From the NCBI GenBank assembly GCA_904063045.1, contig CAJFCJ010000015.1, forward strand, positions 1,123,034-1,187,033: 64,000 bases of DNA. Reading direction: 5' to 3'. Position 1 is the first letter of the stretch. Each line of letters starts with the position of its first letter. The notes under the pieces were generated by a model. That model saw nothing but the letters and a program-made list of their open reading frames with translations. It searched no databases and was not told where the DNA came from. Positions 56,773 to 64,000 of this stretch are shown here, one piece after another. Both the position numbers and the translations under genes were made by a program. The DNA is from Dimorphilus gyrociliatus. Its lineage: Eukaryota; Animalia; Annelida.

Positions 56773-59700
56773 TCAGTAAATGTCTGATGTGTAACTAGCA
56801 CTTGACGGTATTGGAGGAATGGGTGGAGTTTGTGGTAAAGGTTTAACAACAGGACTCTGATGATCTAAAATCTCTTTTACAGTTGTAATTGGAACTCTAG
56901 CAACAGTTTCTATCGGACGTAATTCAGCTTCTAGAGATACACCCTGATTTGTTCTACGCACGTTCTGTAGGAAAAAATAATCATAAAAGAAAGTTACCTT
57001 TTATATTTATCTAAAAAAAATATATTACCTGTTTTGGTCCTTTTTTAATTCGCTCACCTTCTTTTACGAGAACACCAGGAGCAACGTCAATAGTCTCTAA
57101 CTAAAATACAAAAATATAATATGTATAAATAAAAGCATAATCGAAGAATTGGATGATAAGCAAAGTTTTAGATACAAACAAGTGTATTTCCTATTGGCTT
57201 TTTTGAGGATGCTGTTGTTGCATTCGGTACTTTCTCTAAAAGATGAGGATAAAGAAAATCATTAATTGAGTTTAATAAATTCCGGTTGATCTTTAAAGTG
57301 TACCATCAAGAGATGTGTTGACTAACGAGGATTCTGTTTTACGGGTGAATTTTCTTTGTTTTGCCAGAGATGGATCGGTGACCTTTACTTTAACATTTAC
57401 TCTGTTTTGATTAAAAACCATAATAAAAAATAATGATTTAATTATAGTTAGAGATTATCGCTTACTTATGAGATGGCAATTGCTCCGGTTTGATTTTCGT
57501 TACGCCTATAACATTACCATAATCATCATAAAAGACATCTCGAGTTGCTGGCGGTCTTCCTCCTTGCAACTGTAGAGTATCAAACAATAATTATCCGACA
57601 AAAAATTGTAGATTGCATTCAATTTGTTAGTAAATTCCTTTGAATCATGCTTAAATCATGCTTCTTAAACTGTGTGCAACTATTATTATTTTATATTTTG
57701 AACGGTCGGAAAAGTCATATGAAACTTCAACCAAAATAATAAATGAAGGAGATAAAATTGGATGAACTAGGAGTGAAAACATGTTTTGATTTGAAGAAGA
57801 TTTAAAAAGATATAATCTTCCTTCAGTTGTTGAAGTTCATAACAATTTTGAATCGAATTCTTTTAAAAATACCGTAATTCAAAATCTAATGTGCAAAGAA
57901 ATGAAAACAAAAAATCATATAAGTCAGATACTTTTTCGTTCTTCATAATATCCACCATCTTAATAACCTTTTTAGGCATAGTTGCGTACTGTCAAATGAC
58001 TCTTAAGCTATTTTATGATTGTACACAAAGTTAAAAAGATCAACCCTTTAGGCACAAACCTTGATCAGCGATTGGGCGGATAAAGGTAATAGTAGAGCTT
58101 TCGGATCTAAATCATTAATACTTCTTTCCCTTTCGATTCCCGATACGTATTTCATAACTTCTTCAAAACACAGACGATTTTCGGTTTGATCTAAACTTTC
58201 CATCGGTCCTAGATTTGCCTGAAGTAATGTAACATAGTTAGTATTCTTTTTATTATTATTTAACAAGATTCTACTTTCGGTAAACTGCCAACATGTGGTT
58301 TATAAGTTTTTTTCCGTTTCTTCAAATCTTGCTTCTTTCTCTCATCTTTTCTTCGCTCTTGAACATCTGATTTGGGTTCTAATACTGCAATTTCCTCTTT
58401 CTCTGAAGTCTGTTTTTCATATGGCTGAGTATCTTCTTCGTTCTGATCGTTCTCAGTATTTTCCTCAATTCGTTCAGCATCTTCCCTTTCAACTTCTTCC
58501 CTTGTTTCTTCTTGAATGGAAGGTATATGGGCTTTAGCATTTTCAGCATCTTCAACAGTCTCCTCTGGTATTGGCTCCTCCTTCTGGCTCCTGGCAGACG
58601 AAACTCTTCGAACTTCAACCGGTACTACTCCTTGGGCCCAACAATCAGGTACAGGGGTTGGAGGCTCTACAAAACAAAAGGGAAATTATATCAAAATTAT
58701 GACAAATACGGAGTGGGTTTTTTATTTTTATTTAATCATAAAACCTTCATCCTCCGCCCACCAACAGATAATTAGTATCTTCAGAAAATTTACAAGCTGA
58801 CAAAAGTGCGAATAAAACGATTATTTTACTTTGGAAAGGCCTAACTATAATCTTTAAATAGGCAAATATTTTTTTGCATCTAATAGAATACATGTTAAAC
58901 ATTTGCATACTATTCCAATATACTAAGAATTTTAACTTAAGGATGATAAAAATAGGTTTTAACAAAAATTAGTGCATCTGATAAATAAAAGTACTTGGAG
59001 AAATTGTAATGATTTCAACAGTTTTTAATGGGCGTACCAAAGTCTTTACAGTCATACGTATAGAGTGAAAAAGGTTTGTTTTCACTTGATCTTTGAACTT
59101 TATTGGAGCTTTTATTTAACATCTTGAAAATATAACTTACTCTTTGTCCTAGTTTAAAAGCTTCAGCTAGTATTAAGAAAATAATTAATCCTTTTTAAAG
59201 ATCTTTTTCAAACCTTTTTAACTAATTATACCCATTTTAAATGGTATTAAATCTCTCACAGAAGACCCTAGAATGTTGAAAGCTCTTAATGAATGAGTTT
59301 CTCTCTTATTCCTATCAATATCTTACAGGATACAGATAGTTCAGAGTCTTTAGAACGGAGGATATATGACCAGAATATTTGTAAATCATTCATAGGTTAT
59401 ATTTCTAACCTTCATCTTCTGTCCACAATGACCATGCCTGTTTTGGACTACACGGTCTCTCTTCTATCTGTTCTTCCTCTTCTAGCCATTCAACTGCAAT
59501 CTCTCCTTCGTCTCTTTGCAAAAATCGCCACTAATCAAATTAAAAACATGTTTTAAAATACATCAGTGATGTGAAATGAGATTACCTCAATAAGATCTAA
59601 TAGGGCTTCCTTAGCTTGAGCGACAGTAAATGGAATAAGTTGATTACCAATATATCCTTTAAATATTAAATCTAATGCATTTTCTACAATTTCTTCGGTG

Positions 59701-59925
59701 ATTTCATAGACAAATTCTTCATTGTCATCGGTCTCCAGCATAAAATTCCTGATTTTTATTGATGTAACATATGAATTATAGATGCTAAAAAGTAATTTTT
59801 GAGTTATAAACATACCAGTCTCTGTCATTAAATTTTCCAGGTATTATATCCTGTGTTATTGCAGGAGCTGGAGTTGTATATGATTTAGATGTCTTGTCTG
59901 CTCGAGATTTTGGAGGAGGTGCCAT
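56773..59925 (-). CDS. C2orf81: C2orf81-like protein (DUF4639); multi-exon
   Basis: DIIPGKF..W, LIPFTVAQAKEALL..EWRFLQRDEGE and DCWAQGVVPV match recalled C2orf81 (CIPFTISQAREAML..EWRFLARDEGE..DSWAQGSVPV). Confidence 0.8.
57658..57948 (+). mobile_element. Possible decayed non-LTR retrotransposon ORF2 fragment, antisense within an intron of the C2orf81-like gene
   Basis: A 96-codon frame broken by two TGA codons; F*FEEDLKRYNLPSVVEVHNN..SFKNTV resembles the recalled WFxxxxxxLxKYxLPS..WKxxV region of LINE ORF2 proteins. Confidence 0.3.
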
Positions 59926-60015
59926 TTTAAAGACCTCAGAGCTTTAATATTGTAATAAAAAAGTTTGTAATCACGCACGATTAACTCAAAGTAGAAAAAT
60001 TGAAATCATGTTACT

Positions 60016-60029
60016 GTTGTTATGGAAAC
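60016..60029. promoter_or_regulatory. RFX X-box GTTGTTATGGAAAC in the C2orf81-like/ENKD1 divergent promoter
   Basis: Exact match to the GTHNYY-AT-RRNAAC X-box consensus, 91 bp from the C2orf81-like ATG. Confidence 0.7.
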
Positions 60030-60431
60030 TAACTCTCGTAATAGGGAACCATGTCTTTTATTTGTGAAATAAAAGTAAGAATTAATAATAAAATCCATAC
60101 TTTAAAACGTACCTCAGTGTTCATTTATAACATTTTTGTTATTTTTTTCTATTAATTTTCCTAAAAGAGAACTTTTTAATAAAAAGTTTTGATTTACTGC
60201 TATGGGAAACCAGTCTAACGTTTGTATGGTCTCGCGAGAATTTTAAATTCCGGCGTACGAACTATTCGTATCATAGCAATGTAACTATTCATTTTTGTCT
60301 TTAAACCTAGTTCTCTATTTTTGATATAATATCATATAAGTCATTGATTTGAATATTATTTCAACTATAAATATCAAATGAAGAATGTATTTCCACTTTT
60401 CAGCTTTAGAAAATATTGCTAAATTTGTTGA

Positions 60432-61792
60432 ATGGTATCTCTATTGAACGGTCCAATTCCGTTTGATCCGTGCTTTGACAAGTCTTACTATAACCTACCT
60501 GCAACAAAAATTCGCCCAGAAGCTACAGACTAAACTCTAAAAACAGAAGGCACAGTTGATATGCTCTTAAACGTTGAAGGACTTAGTTTACATAGAGGTG
60601 GCTCTAAGCCTAGTAAGTAATTATAGATTATCTTTAATCTTGTATTCATCGTATAGTTAATCGAATCGAAAGTGATGATCTTATGATTGATTTAAATTTT
60701 ATTTGTCAAATTACAGAGGTTGAGCCCAAAGACCATGTTAAGGAAAATGTTAAGAGAATGAGACAAATTCAAAGGCAGGTGCAGAAGAAAGAAGAAACAA
60801 GCCGGCAACCGGTAAGAGCTTTATGGAAAAGTGAAAAATACGAAGGTGTACAGTCTAAAGTTCAAGAGCAAATAAAGGTAATTAAGTAAAGCAGATTTTA
60901 GTTGTAAAATTATCATAGTCAAACTTCCAAAGTTATGTTTAAACCTGTGTTAATATTTAAACAAAAGGGTTAAATACTGTTTGCTTTTTTTTATTACTAG
61001 CAAGAACCTGACGCTCCCAGACCACACACAGCTCACTATTTGAGAGCTCATTCGAGAACTGGCTACTCTGATTCCAAGGGTCCAAGACCCGCCAGCGTCG
61101 AGCCTCCAGAAGAAAAATTAAGTGTACCAAAGGCCGAAACAGCAAGAGACGTCAAATTAATAAGAAGAAATATTGATTTTATTAAAGCAAATGGTAGAAG
61201 TGTAAAATATTGCTCAGTTAAAAGAAGTCCAAGCTTAACTGCTCTGGACGAACTAAAGAAAAAGAAAGAAGAGGAAGTTTCAACCTATAAGAAGGGTGTT
61301 GTTCCTAAATAGTAAATATTTTTCTCGTTACATTTCACTACCAAAAATTCTCCTGCCCTAAAGATAAAGGGTATGGAAATTAAGAAATTTTCTAATAGTT
61401 CTATCACATTTACAGTTTAGAAAAAAGAAAAGACGAATGGAAGAGAGAGGAAGAAGAGCGAATTGCTAGCATACCAGACCCTGATCTCCCGCCAGGCCAT
61501 AGACTTTTACCTGAAGCGGATAGACGATCAACGCTCGAGAAATTAAAAGAAAGTATGATAAAACAATTTTTAATGATACTAATTATCACCAAAAAACTTA
61601 ATTTACCTTTTCTTCTTTTACATCATCTTAGCTGGAATTGATTTGAATAATCAATTAGCTTGTATGCCAGTTCGAAATGATACTCTTACAATTCGACGCA
61701 AGAGAGATGAACTTGAAAGAAAAATCTCTGAAGTAGAAGAAGCTATTAAGATTTTCTCTCGCTCAAAAGTGTTCGTCAAATTGGACTCTTAA
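60432..61792 (+). CDS. ENKD1: Enkurin domain-containing protein 1; 5 exons; in-frame TAA at codon 34 (60531-60533)
   Basis: NGPIPFDP, VDMLLNVEGLSL, EPKDHVKENVKRMRQIQ, YLRAHSRTG, KKGVVPKY, PDPDLPPGH and IFSRSKVFVK. Confidence 0.85.
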
Positions 61793-62321
61793 CAAATTAT
61801 TTTCTGATAGTATTGATAAAAAAAACACCGCATATATATTTTTTAAAGATGACCTTCAATTAATAAGTCGGTTTGTTTGTTTCCTTCGATGTAGAAAATA
61901 ACTTTTCATACCATTAATTCACTTATAATTTGTGTTTATTAGTTTCAAATAAACGAAAGAAATATTCTTTTAAACTGTTCTTCCTCTGCCTATTATACTT
62001 GTCAACCGCAAAAGCGTCCAATCTTAAATTGGAAATTTGTTCGCAAAATTATTTGATGATGCAAAACAAAGAAGCAAAAGAACACAATTAAATCACAAGT
62101 GCAGTTTTTTGTAAGCCTTTTCTTAATGAAGGCTTACTTATATTTGCAAAAAATGTTTCATCTTCCATATTTTCGTCTCTTAACGTTATATGATAAAAAA
62201 AATTGTTGCATGCGTTCGCATTCACTCTGAATATTTGTTATTTTTTAAAAAAAAGAAAAAAATAGCATTTAACAAAAAAGAAATAGTAAAAAAAAGACCA
62301 TTTTTTCAGTTTAAAAACAAT

Positions 62322-63984
62322 TTAAGCGCGTAGTCGTATTTCATAAAAAGAATCATAAAACTCCCCTTCGTTATCGCCACCCCCAAATATCAATAACTTA
62401 ATATAAGGATCGGACTCGTAACAGCAACAGCTATGGCCAGTTAAAGCACATAAAGTCTTAGGAACATTTAGCTTTGTCCATTGCCATGAAGATAAATTTG
62501 TATCGAGAATAAATGAGTCACTAAGTGCGATATCACCATTGTAACCACCATGAATGAAAACTTTGTTTGAGAATGAGCATGATGCATGCCAAGTTCTGGG
62601 CTCTGGAGGGGGGCCTAAAATATCACGTTTAACCCATTCACCCACTCCCAAATCCAATATATGGACATCGTTAAAGCACTTCGGAGAATCCCAGCCACCA
62701 AAGATTATTAGCCGATCATAGTTAATTAAATCAGCCGAATGACCCGACCTTGCAGCAGGAGGAGATCCCATAGTTACTGGCTTGTACCATAACTCTTCAA
62801 GGGTATTAAAGACGAAGAGGCTATTACTACATTCATCCGGGTTTTCCTTGCTTTTCGGAGTAATACCGGCAAAAACCCATATTTCATATCTAAACATTGT
62901 TGCGGAATGATAGCTAACTAATGGTGCGTCGCCGCTATACTTTACTTCCCGCCATTTCCATTGTATGGTATCGAGCACGTGGACGTCAGAAAACCATCTA
63001 GTATTCTTACTACCACCAATTAGATATAAGCATTTAGTTAACTCGTCGAATACAACAGCATGACCTGTTCTAGCCGGTGGGATCGTGTTGTCTTCATCTT
63101 CGATCGTTTGCCATTTATCAGTTTCTGTAGGTATTTTACAACAAAATAAACATTTATTTTTTATATCGCGAATACTTACGATGATTGTATGACCAAAACG
63201 AATCTTTTGAGAGTTTACTACCAAAACCCTGCCCCCCAAACATGACACATTCCTGATTATTTAAAGAAGTCATTCTTTGACCCCATCTATTCGAGGGCCA
63301 ATTTTGTTCATTTTTTACAAATTTTTTTACTATAATTTCTTCTGGCTCTACATTGTTTACTTCTTCCATTATATAGTCATGATTCTCTTTGATAATGTCA
63401 GAAATCTCTTTCTTTTGATTTTTGAGAGGCTTCGCTTTTTTTTCTATTGGAGTTAACCGTTTCGAAAGACTATTCTGTTTTGATCGATCGTTTGTTTTCT
63501 TAGCCTTGGGCTGTAATTTGCCGTATTAAATTAATCATAAAAAATAAAACCCCATTATTCAGTTAACTGACCGTTATATGAGAAGTATCATTAGGCGTTG
63601 TTTTCTTACGACCGCGTTTCGTTGGCGTACAATTTTCATTCTCATCCAAAAGCTTTTGACGCTTGTTGGGCGATTTTTCAATGGCGCGCCTTTTCTGAAC
63701 ATTCTTCTTAGGAGTTCCCGTTGGTTTTGTACGTTTCACCTCCGAAGCGTCTTCTATTTTTTTCTTTACAATTTTTCTCTTTGTTCTGCGAAGAGTAACC
63801 TTTGCTGGAGTTGGTTTCTTCTCAATCTTTTTAGCAGATCGTTTTTTGGCTGCCTGTCATGGTCCGCGACATAAACGTTAAATGACCCTGAAAAGTTGCT
63901 GCTATACACTCAAAAACTTACATCTGAAGGCTTTGCCTTCAGTTTAACTGCAGTGGCGGTTTTCTTACGCGTCGTTGGTGCCAT
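62322..63984 (-). CDS. Kelch-repeat beta-propeller protein with a long Lys/Arg-rich N-terminus; 4 exons
   Basis: Repeated kelch motifs (PSNRWGQ..MFGG, PPARTGH..LIGG, PAARSGH..IFGG, PEPRTWH..IHGG). Phase-matched introns. Confidence 0.85.
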
Positions 63985-64000
63985 AGCACTAATCCACTAA

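Overview
AT-rich, very compact animal (metazoan) genomic DNA. Most spliceosomal introns are about 50-90 nt. The style resembles a miniature invertebrate genome such as the annelid Dimorphilus, but that is a guess I cannot verify. By hand-splicing exons I recover 21 protein-coding genes in 64 kb, in order: IQSEC (5' part), RUVBL1, RMND1, AASDHPPT, an unidentified type-I membrane protein, PAM16, three latrophilin-like adhesion GPCRs (here called A, B, C), RSL24D1, IPMK, RAD52, cathepsin O, TAF3, CFAP100, an UNC93-like MFS protein, KIF16B, SUCLG2, a C2orf81-like gene, ENKD1 and a kelch-repeat protein. The most unusual region is the adhesion-GPCR cluster (12.7-32.6 kb), for three reasons. (1) Head-to-head paralogues A and B are heavily diverged except for a 1,406-bp inverted repeat with a single mismatch. 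It covers most of the GAIN domain, the GPS and the tethered agonist. Recombination between the two copies would invert the 5.35-kb interval and swap ectodomains between the two 7TM modules in frame. (2) Gene C has a 16 x 102-bp coding tandem repeat in which every unit carries an in-frame candidate splice acceptor homologous to the real acceptor just upstream. (3) That upstream 66-nt intron looks like a repeat unit that became intronic. Smaller oddities are an in-frame TAA in ENKD1 exon 1, a GC-AG intron in RUVBL1, RFX X-boxes at ciliary genes and strong strand alternation. All gene names come from recalled protein motifs, not database searches. No rRNA, tRNA or CRISPR features were recognised.
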